Source: Thermodesulfobacteriota bacterium (GTDB lineage: Bacteria; Desulfobacterota_D; UBA1144). From it: a stretch of DNA of 64,000 bases. Made by a program: the position numbers and the translations under genes. Below are positions 54,214 to 64,000 of this stretch, one piece after another. The stretch is from NCBI GenBank assembly GCA_036340075.1, contig JAYYZJ010000012.1, forward strand, positions 123,079-187,078, in the 5' to 3' direction. How positions within the stretch are numbered: position 1 is the stretch's first letter; each line of letters begins with the position of its first letter. The notes under the pieces are model-generated. The model searched no databases. It had not been told where the DNA came from and saw nothing but the letters and a program-made list of their open reading frames with translations.

Positions 54214-54567
54214 CTATTTGCTTCTTTCTCTTGTATCTTCTTTAATTCTAGAAGCTTTTTTAGAAAGGCCTCTCATATAGTAGAGCTTTGCTCTCCTTAC
54301 ACGACCTTGCTTCTTTACTTCTATTTTTGCTATTTGTTTCGAATGTAATGGAAATATTCTTTCGGTTCCAACACCATATGAAATTTTTCTTACAGTAAAA
54401 GTTTCTTTTATACTTGTACCTCTTCTTGCTATAACTATTCCTTCAAAAATTTGAATTCTCTCCTTCTCGCCTTCTTTAATTTTATAATGAACAGCTACTG
54501 AATCACCAGCTTTAAACAAGGGAACTTCTTTTATATTCTCTTTCTCTATTTTGTCAATCAAATTCAT
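54214..54567 (-). CDS. rplS: 50S ribosomal protein L19
   Basis: [12 protein letters not shown] and VRRAKLYY motifs. Confidence 0.98.
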   Translation of the reverse strand: MNLIDKIEKENIKEVPLFKAGDSVAVHYKIKEGEKERIQIFEGIVIARRGTSIKETFTVRKISYGVGTERIFPLHSKQIAKIEVKKQGRVRRAKLYYMRGLSKKASRIKEDTRERSK

Positions 54568-54575
54568 ACTAACAC

Positions 54576-55868
54576 CTAAAATTTACAACCAAAGAGTCTA
54601 TCTAAAATTATAGCAACCGCACTTCTTACAGAGAGATGATTATAATTATCATAACCTCCTACAGGTTTCAAAATATAATCAGCATTCTGAAGTACTTCTT
54701 TAGTTAACCCCCAACCTGTACCAAAAAGTATCAAAAAAGGAGAGTCTTCTAATTCTATTGTCTCCTTAAGCTCAGGATAATTTACCATATTATGCATAAT
54801 TCTTGCATCTGTTGCAACTATCTTTGGTTTTTTATTGTGTATTAACCTAATAGATTTAATTGCATCTTTAATACTTTTTGTCACTTCTATTAACTTTATG
54901 GCATCATGCTTTGTGTTTTCAGTACGATTAATTTCGCTGTCCTCCCAATAATTAATTACGCTCTCGGCCAATTTACGTTGCTCCTTAACTGGGTGAGTAA
55001 TATAGTATTTTTTTATTCCATATGTTTTACATGACCTAGCTATATCTTGAATATCTAAATTTGTTAAAGATGTTTTAATGATTTCGCCTTTTTTGTTCTG
55101 AATTGGGTAGTGAACCAACGCCAGATAGATATTTGAATTATTGTTTTCGACTTTAATTTTTTTTAATTCATCTCTTTCTTGAATATTAATATTTGCTTTT
55201 TCTAACAAATCTTCTCTTCTGTTTAAAGTTAGATTCAAAGAAGAGCTTCTATTGAATTCATTTATTTTTTTATGATTCCCTGAGCTTAAAACTTTTGGAA
55301 CCCTGTTCTTTTTAAATGAAATAGGTCTTGTATATACAGAATTCTTTAGAAGGGAGTTCTGAAAAGTTTCCTTAATTACAGATTCCCTTTTTCCTACTAC
55401 ACCGTCTATCATTCTGCTTACTGAATCAATAACTGCTAGAGCAGAAATGTCCCCACCAGATAATATGTAGTCACCGATAGATAATTCTAAATCCGCATAA
55501 TTGTCTATGAGTCTTTGGTCGAATCCCTCATATCTGCCCGAAACTAAAGTTATGTTTCTTTTTTTAGATAGTTCAATTGCTAATTTATTATTAAGCAATT
55601 TTCCTTTAGGGGATAAAAACACAATTGTAGTCTCAGGATTATTCTTTTTTATCTTATCTATTGCTCTAGAAGCTTTATCGTAAGTGATTACCATTCCAGA
55701 GTCTCCACCATATTGTGAGTCGTCTATTCTTTCCTTTTCTTTTAAAAAGTCACTATAACTATATAGATTGATTTTAATTTTTTTTGTCTTTATTGCTTTT
55801 GAAACAATTCCGTATTTCAAAGGAGACATATAGAGTTCTCTAAAAACAGTTAAAACATTAAAAATCAT
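54576..55868 (-). CDS. trmD: tRNA (m1G37) methyltransferase TrmD fused to a second SPOUT methyltransferase domain (Tm1570-like)
   Basis: [15 protein letters not shown] and YTRP, then [34 protein letters not shown]. Confidence 0.92.
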   Translation of the reverse strand: MIFNVLTVFRELYMSPLKYGIVSKAIKTKKIKINLYSYSDFLKEKERIDDSQYGGDSGMVITYDKASRAIDKIKKNNPETTIVFLSPKGKLLNNKLAIELSKKRNITLVSGRYEGFDQRLIDNYADLELSIGDYILSGGDISALAVIDSVSRMIDGVVGKRESVIKETFQNSLLKNSVYTRPISFKKNRVPKVLSSGNHKKINEFNRSSSLNLTLNRREDLLEKANINIQERDELKKIKVENNNSNIYLALVHYPIQNKKGEIIKTSLTNLDIQDIARSCKTYGIKKYYITHPVKEQRKLAESVINYWEDSEINRTENTKHDAIKLIEVTKSIKDAIKSIRLIHNKKPKIVATDARIMHNMVNYPELKETIELEDSPFLILFGTGWGLTKEVLQNADYILKPVGGYDNYNHLSVRSAVAIILDRLFGCKF

Positions 55869-56110
55869 AGCGAAGCTATTTCCTCTAGATTTTTAATTTT
55901 TAAAGATTTATTGCCAGTGTCAACGTTAAGTATAAATGATTCATTAAAAGGAATCAGGTAGAGCTTATCTGAATTAACAACCTCTAAAATAACTCCAGCT
56001 TTAGTCTGTAAAACTCTTTTTACTTTACCAAAACATTCATCATTTTCAGACAAAACAAGAGATCCAACTAGATCTTTGTTGTAATATTCATTTGACTCTA
56101 ACTCAGGCAT
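55865..56110 (-). CDS. rimM: RimM, C-terminal PRC-barrel domain only
   Basis: PELESNEYY..DLVG, GKV and LIPF motifs; lies between khpA and trmD; 81 aa. Confidence 0.8.
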   Translation of the reverse strand: MPELESNEYYNKDLVGSLVLSENDECFGKVKRVLQTKAGVILEVVNSDKLYLIPFNESFILNVDTGNKSLKIKNLEEIASL

Positions 56111-56151
56111 TTCAAATTATATATTACCTATAAGGAAAGGTATTCTTAAGT

Positions 56152-56394
56152 CTATTCGATAATTTCCAGTACAGCCCTTCTTTTTTCCTTAGCAGCAGCA
56201 GCTCCTAATAGAACACGAATTGCTTTCGCTGTTTTTCCTTGTTTGCCAATAATCTTTCCTAAATCTTCTTGAGCAACTCTTAATTCATATACCGTGGTAG
56301 AATCTCCAGAGACTTCTTGAATCTCTACTTCATCAGGTTTGTCAACTAGAGAGCTTGCAATCAATTTTATTAATTCTCCAACTTTATCCATCAT
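56152..56394 (-). CDS. khpA: KH-domain RNA-binding protein KhpA (YlqC)
   Basis: LVDKPDEV and [17 protein letters not shown] motifs. Confidence 0.93.
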   Translation of the reverse strand: MMDKVGELIKLIASSLVDKPDEVEIQEVSGDSTTVYELRVAQEDLGKIIGKQGKTAKAIRVLLGAAAAKEKRRAVLEIIE

Positions 56395-56473
56395 AACCTC
56401 TATATTTTAAATTATATCAAAATTGACTTGGATTAGCTTAAGTTTTTTTAAATACTTATAAATCTAAAATTAG

Positions 56474-56830
56474 CTAGGCTTCTTCATCTTTAGCTTCTTC
56501 TTTTACTTCTTCTTTTGGTGCTTCTTCAGCTTTAGCTTCTTCTTGTACCTTTTGTTTTTTAGGTGGTCTTTTCGGTTTATCTTTAACAAGTTCAGCATAT
56601 TTCTCAGGATCAATAATTTTTTGAACTCTATTACTTAATTGCGCTCCCTTACTTATCCAACCATCTATTTTCTCTTTATTAAAATCCACAACAGAGGGAT
56701 CCTGTAAAGGATCATATGTTCCTAAAATTTCTAAAAACTTTCCATCTCTTGGAGAGCGAGAATTGGTTGCAACAATTCTGTAAAACGGTCTTTTTTTTCT
56801 ACCCAATCGAGCTAATCTAATTTTTATCAT
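56474..56830 (-). CDS. rpsP: 30S ribosomal protein S16
   Basis: KIRLARLGRKKRPFYRIV and RDGKFLEILGTYDP motifs. Confidence 0.98.
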   Translation of the reverse strand: MIKIRLARLGRKKRPFYRIVATNSRSPRDGKFLEILGTYDPLQDPSVVDFNKEKIDGWISKGAQLSNRVQKIIDPEKYAELVKDKPKRPPKKQKVQEEAKAEEAPKEEVKEEAKDEEA

Positions 56831-56860
56831 AAGTCACCTGTCACTTAATAATGATTAATA

Positions 56861-58189
56861 TTAATTAAATTTCAACAGATTTTTTTTATTTTTCATTTTG
56901 CCTAAATTTTTAGACATTTTTTTCATTTGTAAAAATTTCTTAATCAACTTATTGATATCCTGAACTGAGGTACCACTACCTGAGGCAATTCTCTTTCTTC
57001 GGCTTCCATCTAATATAGCATGATTTTCTCTCTCTTGTTTGGTCATTGAATCAATAATTGCTACAGTTGTTTTCATTTCTTTTTTTGCTTGCTCCATAGC
57101 ATTTTCATCTTTAGTTAGATCACCCAAGCCAGGAATCATCGATAGAGTACTTTTTAACGATCCAAGCTTGTTCATTGATTTTATTGCATCTTTAAAATCA
57201 TTTAGATTGAAATTATTACCATCAAGTTTTCCGGTAAGTTCTTCGGCTTCTTTTTTATCTATAGCTTCAGAAGATTTTTCCACTAAAGACACTATGTCTC
57301 CCATCCCAAGAATTCTAGATGCCATTCTATCGGGATGAAAAATTTCTAACATATCCATTCTTTCTCCGTGACCATATAATTTAATAGGCTTTCCAGTTAT
57401 AAATTTTGCAGACAAAGCTGCACCACCCCTTGCATCACCATCTAGCTTTGTTAGAGTGATTCCATCAATTCCAACTTCGTCATTGAAAGTTTTTGCGACA
57501 TTTATTGCTTCCTGTCCAAGCATGGAATCAATTATTAGAAGAGTTTCATGGATTTGAATAGAGCTTTTTATAGATTTTAATTCATTAATCATAGATTCAT
57601 CAATTTGCAATCTACCAGCTGTATCTATTATTAAAGTGTCATAGCCTTTATTGTAAGCAGTCTGAAAACCATTCTTACAAATATCTACAACTTCTTCAGA
57701 AGAATTTTCTATAAAACCTACACTAACTTGTTCTGATAAAATTTTAAGTTGCTCTATAGCAGCAGGTCTATAAATATCTGCAGAAAGCATACAAGGATTT
57801 CTTTTTTCTTTTTCTTTAAGATATTTTGATAACTTTGCAGCAGTTGTCGTCTTACCAGAACCCTGAAGACCAACCATCATTATCACAGCGGGAGGGGAAA
57901 CTTTTAAATTTAAATATTCGGTATCATTACCTAACATTTTAACTAATTCATCATTAAAAATTTTTACAAATTGTTCTCCTGGGGATACACTCTTAAGAAC
58001 ATCTTGACCAATTGCTGATTCCTTAATCGATTCTACTAATGATTTAACTACTTTGAAATTAACGTCCGCTTCTAAAAGACTTAAACGTATTTCCTTTAAA
58101 GCCTCATCAATATTTTCATTGGTGATTACGCTATTCCCTCTTAATTTCTTAAAGGAGCTTGTTATTTTATCCGTAATCTTTTCAAACAT
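56861..58189 (-). CDS. ffh: Signal recognition particle protein Ffh
   Basis: GLQGSGKTT, DTAGR, TKLDGDARGG and RRKRIASGSG motifs. Confidence 0.98.
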   Translation of the reverse strand: MFEKITDKITSSFKKLRGNSVITNENIDEALKEIRLSLLEADVNFKVVKSLVESIKESAIGQDVLKSVSPGEQFVKIFNDELVKMLGNDTEYLNLKVSPPAVIMMVGLQGSGKTTTAAKLSKYLKEKEKRNPCMLSADIYRPAAIEQLKILSEQVSVGFIENSSEEVVDICKNGFQTAYNKGYDTLIIDTAGRLQIDESMINELKSIKSSIQIHETLLIIDSMLGQEAINVAKTFNDEVGIDGITLTKLDGDARGGAALSAKFITGKPIKLYGHGERMDMLEIFHPDRMASRILGMGDIVSLVEKSSEAIDKKEAEELTGKLDGNNFNLNDFKDAIKSMNKLGSLKSTLSMIPGLGDLTKDENAMEQAKKEMKTTVAIIDSMTKQERENHAILDGSRRKRIASGSGTSVQDINKLIKKFLQMKKMSKNLGKMKNKKNLLKFN

Positions 58190-58195
58190 TTCAAG

Positions 58196-58204
58196 ATTAT
58201 ATCA
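58196..58204 (-). promoter_or_regulatory. Extended -10 promoter 6 nt upstream of the ffh ATG
   Basis: TGaTATAAT-cttgaa-ATG on the minus strand; no SD. Confidence 0.6.
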
Positions 58205-58215
58205 TTTCTGTTAAT

Positions 58216-60780
58216 CTATTGAACCGATTTCTTAGACTTTTTTGCAGGCTTCTTTCTCAATTCCATCTCAAATCTTGGGCGAAATTTAGAATCGAGATAC
58301 ACTTTCGCTTTAAAGAAAGGCATTCTGGCGTTTTTTCTTTTAGATTTGAATTGCAAAACAGATGTTTTTCCATCTTTGAAAAGTTTTTCAGCTTCTTCAA
58401 TAGGCAAGGAATCCTTTTTTCTTTCTTCCTCATCTTCTGAGTTTAGATATGGTGACAACATTCTCCTCGCAAGTCTGTTTTTTCCATTTTTACCATAGTA
58501 ATAATAATCATTATCGTAATACACTTCTGAATCTACTACGCTGGAATGCCCTAAGGATTCAAGTTCTTTCAGATTGATTTTCTTTTGCTCGTCTTGACCC
58601 CAGTCTAATTTATATTTCCCTGTAGAAGTTAAAACTACATCAGCATCATAAGAGCTGCCAAATCTACTTATAAAACCAGTTAATCTGATTCTGCCTTCAT
58701 TTCCATTATAAGATTTGATTAGCTCTATTGCTTCGCTAGGAGCAATAGGCCTACCAGAAATTACTTTATTAATATTTGTAGATTCATCGGGAAGATCCGT
58801 AGTATATCGATTAAATGTTTCAAACATTGGTAAATTTTTAATAGGGCAATTTATACCAAGTTTTTTAATGAATTCATCCGTATCAACTTTTGTATTTTTA
58901 GCTTTATCTATAATTTCATCTCTGAATTTTTCAATCTCCTCAATAAATTCTTCATAAGAATATTTGTCCTTCTCTATCTCTCTTAACTTTAATTCCCATT
59001 CACCAGTTAAAGTTGCAGAAGTAAGTTGATCAATTTTTAACATTTGCAAGTCCTCTATAAGTTTTTTCCCTCTTGTAGAAGATGTTATACATTTTTTCCC
59101 ATTGTCATCCTCAGTTCTGAAAAGATAAGTTTCTCTAATTAATTGTTCTATAATCTCAGCTCTAGTAGCAGGAGTACCAATACCTTTGTTTTTCATTAGA
59201 TGCATAAGCTCATCATCATCTATATCGTTACCAGCAGTTTCCATACCTCTAAGTAGTGTTGCATCTGTGTATCTTGCTTTGGGAGTTGTCTCTTTGTCTA
59301 TTCTTTCTATGTTAATTACTTTTGCTTCCTCATTTGGCTGAACAGTATTAATTAATTTGTCTTGTACAGGATTATCTAAAACTTCTTTCCATCCTTTTTC
59401 TATCAAAATTCTGCCGGATGTCCTAAAGATATTTCCTTCCACAACAGTGTCTCTTATAGTTTCGAGTGTTATAGCTGGTGGATAAAAAACTGCAAAAAAT
59501 CTTTTGACTATTAAATCATAAAGCTTTAATTGTTGTTCGTTTAACTTGCTTAAGTTTGGTATATTTTGAGTTGGAATTATTGCAAAGTGATCAGATACTT
59601 TCTCTGAATCAAAAATTTTCTTGTTTTCCGGTTTTAAAAGATTGTTTTCTAATATGTATTTTGAATGTTTACTATACTCTGTTTGTGCAAAAACATTCAA
59701 AAGCTTATTAACTTCTTCGGCATGATCATTTGGTAGTCTCCTAGAATCAGTCCTTGGATATGTTATATATCCCTCTCCTGAAATTGGTTGATAAAGAGAT
59801 TGAACAATTTTCAATGTGCTGTTTGCAGTAAATCCAAATCGGCTGTTTGACTCACGTTGAAGTGTGGTTAGGTCATACAAAGCACCTGAATACTCTTTTC
59901 TTTCTTTTGATGATTCAGATATCTCTCCAACTTTTTTATTGCATGAGTTTATTATATTTTCTGCCTTATCTGTTTGAAATATTCTGTCACTTTTTTTTGT
60001 TCTCTTTTCCTCATCAGTAAAATCTTTATTGTTAAAATCCTTATCTATATATGTCCCTTTATATTCACCAGAAGAGACTTTAAATGTAGCTTCTAATTCA
60101 TGGTAAGAAGAAGGAATAAACTTATCAACTTCTTCATCCCTTAGAACCACCAAAGTAAGGGTAGGAGTTTTTACTCTTCCTACAACTTGTTTGTTAAAAG
60201 GTACATTGTAAGCCTTGCTAGACCATGCTGTCATAGCCCTTGTTCCATTCATTCCAATTTTCCAATCAGCTATTGTTCTGCCTAATGCTGCATTAGCTAG
60301 ATCTTTAAAATCATCTGCGGGTTTTAGATTATCGAATTCTTTTTTTATTTCTTTTTTAGTCATCGATTGCATCCATGCACGATAACAAGGTATTTTGATT
60401 TTCAAATAATTAATAATCTGATTGAATATTAATTCTCCTTCTCTTCCTGCATCGCAAGCATTAACTGCGCCAACTATATCTTTTCTTTTTAATAGTTTAT
60501 TTATAAAAGTAAGTTTTGATTTTGATCTAGCAATAGGAATTAGTTCGCCAGGGCCATTTAAAGGAAGAGCATCCAAGGACCATTTCTTTTTTGGTTTTTC
60601 ATATTCAACTAAATGACCAACAGCTGATGTTATAACAAAGTTTTCATTCTCGTAGCAATCTAAACCTTTGGCTACATCAGTCTTCTTAACGTCGAGAGCA
60701 GATGCTATCAATTTGGCCACGCTTGGTTTTTCGGCTATTACTACCAACGTTCCATTTAGTGAATCTTTTCCATTTGCCAT
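58216..60780 (-). CDS. topB: Type IA DNA topoisomerase (topoisomerase III-like)
   Basis: IAEKPSVA, DAGREGE, ITYPRTDS, DHFAIIPT and GIGTPATRAEIIE motifs; C-terminal repeats (GFISR) and basic tail. Confidence 0.9.
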   Translation of the reverse strand: MANGKDSLNGTLVVIAEKPSVAKLIASALDVKKTDVAKGLDCYENENFVITSAVGHLVEYEKPKKKWSLDALPLNGPGELIPIARSKSKLTFINKLLKRKDIVGAVNACDAGREGELIFNQIINYLKIKIPCYRAWMQSMTKKEIKKEFDNLKPADDFKDLANAALGRTIADWKIGMNGTRAMTAWSSKAYNVPFNKQVVGRVKTPTLTLVVLRDEEVDKFIPSSYHELEATFKVSSGEYKGTYIDKDFNNKDFTDEEKRTKKSDRIFQTDKAENIINSCNKKVGEISESSKERKEYSGALYDLTTLQRESNSRFGFTANSTLKIVQSLYQPISGEGYITYPRTDSRRLPNDHAEEVNKLLNVFAQTEYSKHSKYILENNLLKPENKKIFDSEKVSDHFAIIPTQNIPNLSKLNEQQLKLYDLIVKRFFAVFYPPAITLETIRDTVVEGNIFRTSGRILIEKGWKEVLDNPVQDKLINTVQPNEEAKVINIERIDKETTPKARYTDATLLRGMETAGNDIDDDELMHLMKNKGIGTPATRAEIIEQLIRETYLFRTEDDNGKKCITSSTRGKKLIEDLQMLKIDQLTSATLTGEWELKLREIEKDKYSYEEFIEEIEKFRDEIIDKAKNTKVDTDEFIKKLGINCPIKNLPMFETFNRYTTDLPDESTNINKVISGRPIAPSEAIELIKSYNGNEGRIRLTGFISRFGSSYDADVVLTSTGKYKLDWGQDEQKKINLKELESLGHSSVVDSEVYYDNDYYYYGKNGKNRLARRMLSPYLNSEDEEERKKDSLPIEEAEKLFKDGKTSVLQFKSKRKNARMPFFKAKVYLDSKFRPRFEMELRKKPAKKSKKSVQ

Positions 60781-60789
60781 AGAAACGCA

Positions 60790-60818
60790 AATTTATATAA
60801 TCTTAAAAAAGATGTCAA
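60790..60818 (-). promoter_or_regulatory. Sigma70 promoter of topB
   Basis: TTGACA-17 bp-TAAATT, ending 9 nt before the ATG. Confidence 0.6.
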
Positions 60819-60851
60819 ATATTAATAATCCAAAAATATGCTTAAATATCC

Positions 60852-61832
60852 TTAATTATTGATATAATTATTTTTTTTATACCACTCTATACTTTTAGCT
60901 AAAATCTCTTCAGCAGTATGATAATTGAACCCCAGCTCTTTAATAGATTTCTCATTACTGGCAATGGCTCCAATCTTGATTGCCTTTAAACCATCTATAG
61001 CAAGGAATGGTTTTTTTCTTGTAAAAAAGGAAATTAATTCTGAGAAATAAGCTAAGAAATATAAATATAATTCCGGAGTTACTTTGTTAATCTTATCTTT
61101 GTTCATAATTTTACAAATTTTATCAAAGACATCTCCAATTTTTATATTTTCACCTACTACAATATATTTTTTTCCATTTTCAATATTTATTGCTTTAATC
61201 ATTAAATTAATAACATCATCAATATAAACTAAAGGTATATATGAATTTGGAAAAAACTTAGAATTCATTTTTCCATTAGATATAGCGATAACTGTTTTAC
61301 CAAAAGTTTTAAAATCATTGGGCCCAGTAACTACACCTGGATTCAAAGTAACGATAGGTAGTCCAAGCTTTTTGTATTTATCGATTTCAACTTCTACTAA
61401 ATATTTTGATTTACTATAATCACTTTCAAAGTCACCTTGATGTAGTGAATACTCTGTTGCTATATCACCATATGGTTGTCTAATTGCAGCTACACTACTT
61501 GTGTAAATTATTTTTATCAACTTAGATTGTCTTGCTTCATCAAGTAAGTTTATTGTTCCACCAACATTAATATCATAATAGTCTTGTTTTCTAGGAAGCC
61601 ACCAAGATGCAATATTAGCTAAATGATAAAGTATATCAATATTATTAAATATTCCCTTTAAGGATTCTTTGTTAACGAGATCTCCTAAGATACATTTAAA
61701 ACCTTTAGAAGTAAGTGTACTAAAATCTTCTTGTTTTCTTACAAGGATAGTTACATTGTGACCATCTTGCTTAAGTCTATTAATAAGGAACGGACCTATA
61801 TATCCTGTGGCACCTGTAACTAAAATATTCAT
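60852..61832 (-). CDS. NAD-dependent epimerase/dehydratase (extended SDR, dihydroflavonol-reductase/HpnA-like)
   Basis: TGATGYIG, YTSS, YSKSK and NPGVVTGP motifs. Confidence 0.85.
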   Translation of the reverse strand: MNILVTGATGYIGPFLINRLKQDGHNVTILVRKQEDFSTLTSKGFKCILGDLVNKESLKGIFNNIDILYHLANIASWWLPRKQDYYDINVGGTINLLDEARQSKLIKIIYTSSVAAIRQPYGDIATEYSLHQGDFESDYSKSKYLVEVEIDKYKKLGLPIVTLNPGVVTGPNDFKTFGKTVIAISNGKMNSKFFPNSYIPLVYIDDVINLMIKAINIENGKKYIVVGENIKIGDVFDKICKIMNKDKINKVTPELYLYFLAYFSELISFFTRKKPFLAIDGLKAIKIGAIASNEKSIKELGFNYHTAEEILAKSIEWYKKNNYINN

Positions 61833-61852
61833 AATTTATCTAGGATGCTTAA

Positions 61853-62269
61853 TCAAACAATAATCTTTTTTTCTTCGTGAATTATCTTTTTATCATCTTG
61901 TGGTGCTTGTTCAGCATGTTTTCGCTGAGTCTCTAATACCCTATCTTCTATTAGTTGAAATAGTTTAGTTTGAAAATCTTTATCTGGAGCACAAATTCTT
62001 GGTATTATAAACCCTGCTGCTGCTACTTGAATAAAGAATTCAGCATTTGCTTTTAAAAAATCTTCTGGAACTTCTTCACCATATGCTTGTTTAAGTTGAC
62101 CATAAATAACTTCTTGTATTTCTTTGATTATCTCAACTATTGTGTCAGTAGGTTGTTTAGGTTGAGTCTGTAATCCTAAATTAAATGCATTTGCAATAGA
62201 AGCTCTTATTGCGTTTAGGGCTTCTTGAGGGTCAGGCTGTTTTGTCTCATTCTTGTTTTCTTCACTCAT
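61853..62269 (-). CDS. Hypothetical helical protein
   Basis: 138-aa ORF filling the gap, with an AGGAG SD; no family recognised. Confidence 0.75.
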   Translation of the reverse strand: MSEENKNETKQPDPQEALNAIRASIANAFNLGLQTQPKQPTDTIVEIIKEIQEVIYGQLKQAYGEEVPEDFLKANAEFFIQVAAAGFIIPRICAPDKDFQTKLFQLIEDRVLETQRKHAEQAPQDDKKIIHEEKKIIV

Positions 62270-62331
62270 TTTATTCTCCTATACAATTTTTTTCTGTAGA
62301 TTATATTATACTGTTTATTGGAATAAAGGAT

Positions 62332-64000
62332 ATGAAAAAAAATATAGACGGTGGGATGGCAATTGTTAATACCTTAAAAAACTTAGGGGTTAAGGATATT
62401 TTCACTCTTGCAGGTGGCCATGTTAATCCAATTTATAATGCTTGTGAAGAAATGGGAGTAAGATTAATTGATACTCATCATGAACAAGGTGCTTCTATGG
62501 CAGCAGATGCATACGGAAGAGTTACAAAATCACCCGGTGTATGTCTTATTACTGCTGGACCAGGTCTGACTAATGTTATGACGGGGATGTCTGGAGCTTT
62601 TTTGTCAAACTCCCCCTGTATCTTTCTCTCTGGAAAAGCAGGGATTGAGGAAGCAGACAGATTGCCGCTTCAAGATATTGATCAAGAATCTATGGTAAGA
62701 CCAGTTACTAAATGGGCAAAAACAGTCTATGATACAAAGAGATTGGCTGAATATACTGCACATGCCTTTAAAATGTCTATATCGGGTAGACCAGGGCCAG
62801 TATATTTAGGCTTTCCGCATGAAGTACTTTATGAAAAAATTTCAAGCAATGAACTTGATTTGCCACAAATGACAATTGCACCAAATCCAGAAATAACGAA
62901 TTCTACAAAAGATAAATTCATTCAAATGTTAGAAAAATCATCTAGGCCTGTTGTGGTTGCTGGTAGTGGATCGTGGTATTCAGGATCTAAGGATTCATTG
63001 AGAGAGTTTGTAGAAGAATTAGATTTACCAATATTTACTCTTAACTTTGGTCGAGGGATAATCTCTGACGACCATAAAAATTGTCTTGGTCAAGCAAGTC
63101 CATCCGCATCCAATGCTTTTAAGAAGATTACATCAGAGGCAGATTTGATAATATTGCTGGGCGTAAGACTTAGTTTATATATAGGTTGGGGTAGAACTTT
63201 TAATCCCAAAGCAAAAATTATACAAATGGATATAGAAAATGAAGAAATAGGAAGAAATATTCCAGCAGATTTACCAATTCTTTCAGATATTGATAAAGCT
63301 TTAATTAAAATAAACGACAACATAAGAGATTCAGGGATTAATTTCACAAATTGGATGGATACTTGTAGAGAATGGAAAGAAGATCAATGGAAAGAAATAA
63401 TTAAATTAAAAGATAGCAACGAAAAGCCCTTACACGTCTTAAGAGTCGTCAAATCTATCGAAGAAGTTTTTGATGAAAATACTATGTTATGTATTGATGG
63501 AGGTGACACGCAAGCTTGGACTGATTCAGTTTATCAAAACACAAAGCCAGGAATGTATGTCAAAGGAGGGCCTTTAGGATGTATGGGAGTAGGGGTGCCA
63601 TTTGCTTTAGGAAGCAAGGTTGCATTCCCAGAAAGACAAGTGGCGTTAATTTCTGGTGATGGTGCTATTGGAATGAATCTAATGGAATTTGAAACGGCAG
63701 TTAGACACAAAATACCATTCGTCTGCATTGTTTGTAATGATCAGTCTTGGGGAATGACAAAACATCAGCATTGGCTTACATATGGTAAAGAAAATACACC
63801 TCCTGGGCATGAGCTTCCATTTATCGGCTATCATGAAATCGTAAAAGCAATGGGAGGATATGGTGAATTAGTAACAGAAGCAGATGATTTATCTCCCGCA
63901 ATAGAAAGAGGTATCAAGTCCGGTTTGCCTGCCCTTATTAATGTTGTTACCAATCCTGATGCTACAAGTGCTGCAACTCATGCAATTACTGCAATGATGA
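62332..64000 (+). CDS. Thiamine-pyrophosphate-dependent enzyme (2-hydroxyacyl-CoA lyase/acetolactate synthase-like), 3'-truncated by the window edge; absent from the ORF track
   Basis: Manual translation MKKNIDGG..FTLAGGH..HEQGASMAADAYGR..TAGPG..GDGAIG..NDQSWG; frame is open to the window end. Confidence 0.9.
   Translation, partial: MKKNIDGGMAIVNTLKNLGVKDIFTLAGGHVNPIYNACEEMGVRLIDTHHEQGASMAADAYGRVTKSPGVCLITAGPGLTNVMTGMSGAFLSNSPCIFLSGKAGIEEADRLPLQDIDQESMVRPVTKWAKTVYDTKRLAEYTAHAFKMSISGRPGPVYLGFPHEVLYEKISSNELDLPQMTIAPNPEITNSTKDKFIQMLEKSSRPVVVAGSGSWYSGSKDSLREFVEELDLPIFTLNFGRGIISDDHKNCLGQASPSASNAFKKITSEADLIILLGVRLSLYIGWGRTFNPKAKIIQMDIENEEIGRNIPADLPILSDIDKALIKINDNIRDSGINFTNWMDTCREWKEDQWKEIIKLKDSNEKPLHVLRVVKSIEEVFDENTMLCIDGGDTQAWTDSVYQNTKPGMYVKGGPLGCMGVGVPFALGSKVAFPERQVALISGDGAIGMNLMEFETAVRHKIPFVCIVCNDQSWGMTKHQHWLTYGKENTPPGHELPFIGYHEIVKAMGGYGELVTEADDLSPAIERGIKSGLPALINVVTNPDATSAATHAITAMM

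Noticed and set aside
58216..60780. topB as a marker of a conjugative element
   Set aside because: It is flanked by ffh and metabolic genes, with no integrase, relaxase or T4SS genes.

Overview
A gene-dense, very AT-rich bacterial chromosome segment made almost entirely of housekeeping genes. It holds about 62 CDS with tiny or overlapping intergenic gaps, and I recognised no rRNA, tRNA, CRISPR array or mobile element. Genes include thiL, hisBH, queF, argH, nrdAB, pyrE, an RND pump, HU, coaBC, ilvD, Mn-type sodA, speB, ispDF, purB, gshA, the atpF'FHAGDC block, ino1, rplM-rpsI, Rrf2-sufBCD, rho, yebC, argS, the ffh-rpsP-khpA-rimM-trmD-rplS cluster and topB. The split ATP synthase operon, TrmD fusion, low GC and streamlining suggest a deltaproteobacteria-related lineage such as marine Dadabacteria; this is inference only. 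Highlights: (1) a Chlamydia-type class Ic (Mn/Fe, no Tyr radical) ribonucleotide reductase under tandem NrdR boxes, with an unrecognised leader RNA that has two mutually exclusive folds, one hiding the Shine-Dalgarno (SD); (2) an archaeal-Hjc-like nuclease where ruvC often sits; (3) a stand-alone histone-H1/Hc2-like repeat protein with strong expression signals; (4) a TrmD-SPOUT fusion beside a RimM reduced to its C-terminal domain; (5) genes for inositol phospholipid synthesis; (6) recurrent leaderless-type promoter geometry. All calls come from motif recognition by eye, and no database searches were run.
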